Part shown: piece by piece, positions 63,643 through 64,000 of the stretch
Position numbering within the stretch: position 1 is the stretch's first letter
Layout of the letters: every line of letters begins with the position of its first letter
Assembly: GCA_038893355.1 (NCBI GenBank)
Contig: JAWARQ010000002.1
Coordinates: 168,591-232,590 of the forward strand
From: Sulfolobaceae archaeon
GTDB lineage: Archaea; Thermoproteota; Thermoprotei_A; Sulfolobales; Sulfolobaceae
Length of the DNA stretch: 64,000 nt
Direction: 5' to 3'
The notes under the pieces: generated by a model
What the model was told of the DNA's origin: nothing
Seen by the model: only the letters and a program-made list of their open reading frames with translations
Database searches by the model: none
Program-made: the position numbers and the translations under genes

Positions 63643-64000
63643 ATGATTGTAGAAGAATTAGAAAAAGAAGGTTTAACAATAGGTGACAATAACAAGTATA
63701 AAGAAGATATGGCAAGCTATAAGGTAGAACCAATAGCAGTTGTTATAGCGAAGAGTACTGAAGATGTGGTTAAGGCTGTAAAGATAGCTAGAAAATATAA
63801 GGTTCCTATTATTCCATGGGGTGCAGGAACTAGTGTAACTGGCGCATTAGCTGGAAAAGGACTAATTATTGATGTTTCTTCTATTAGGTTTTTTGAGTTT
63901 GATGATGTTAATTGGGTTGTTCATGTTGGTGTTGGTGTTGTTGTTGATGAGTTGAATTCTTTTTTGAGGTCTAGGGGTTTTTTCTTTCCTCCTGATCCTG
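63643..64000 (+). CDS. FAD-binding oxidoreductase (GlcD/D-lactate dehydrogenase-like), runs off window
   Basis: MIVEELEK...PIAVV...PWGAGTSVTG...VHVGVGV...FFPPDP. Confidence 0.88.
   Translation, partial: MIVEELEKEGLTIGDNNKYKEDMASYKVEPIAVVIAKSTEDVVKAVKIARKYKVPIIPWGAGTSVTGALAGKGLIIDVSSIRFFEFDDVNWVVHVGVGVVVDELNSFLRSRGFFFPPDP

Overview
AT-rich crenarchaeal chromosome segment, almost certainly Sulfolobales (Sul7d, ESCRT-III CdvB paralogue, Cbp1, Cdc6-3, DoxBCE). Mostly core genes: Hel308, acetyl/propionyl-CoA carboxylase (accC-accB-pccB), Tat translocase, leuCD, trpS, split glutamate synthase and a Dox quinol oxidase. It also holds a cdc6-3 gene with an adjacent repeat-rich probable replication origin, tRNA-Val(CAC), several C/D-box sRNAs, and a decayed IS1-family element with a nested 71-bp insertion. 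The most unusual part is a six-gene co-directional cluster (43955-51932). It encodes a PUA-less TGT-fold transglycosylase, a stand-alone ArcS-like (DUF5591) protein, a HerA paralogue, a 1023-aa P-loop ATPase, a coiled-coil protein and a NurA paralogue. This is a candidate 7-deazaguanine modification plus HerA/NurA nuclease (defence or repair) system. All family calls come from motif recognition by eye; no database searches were run.
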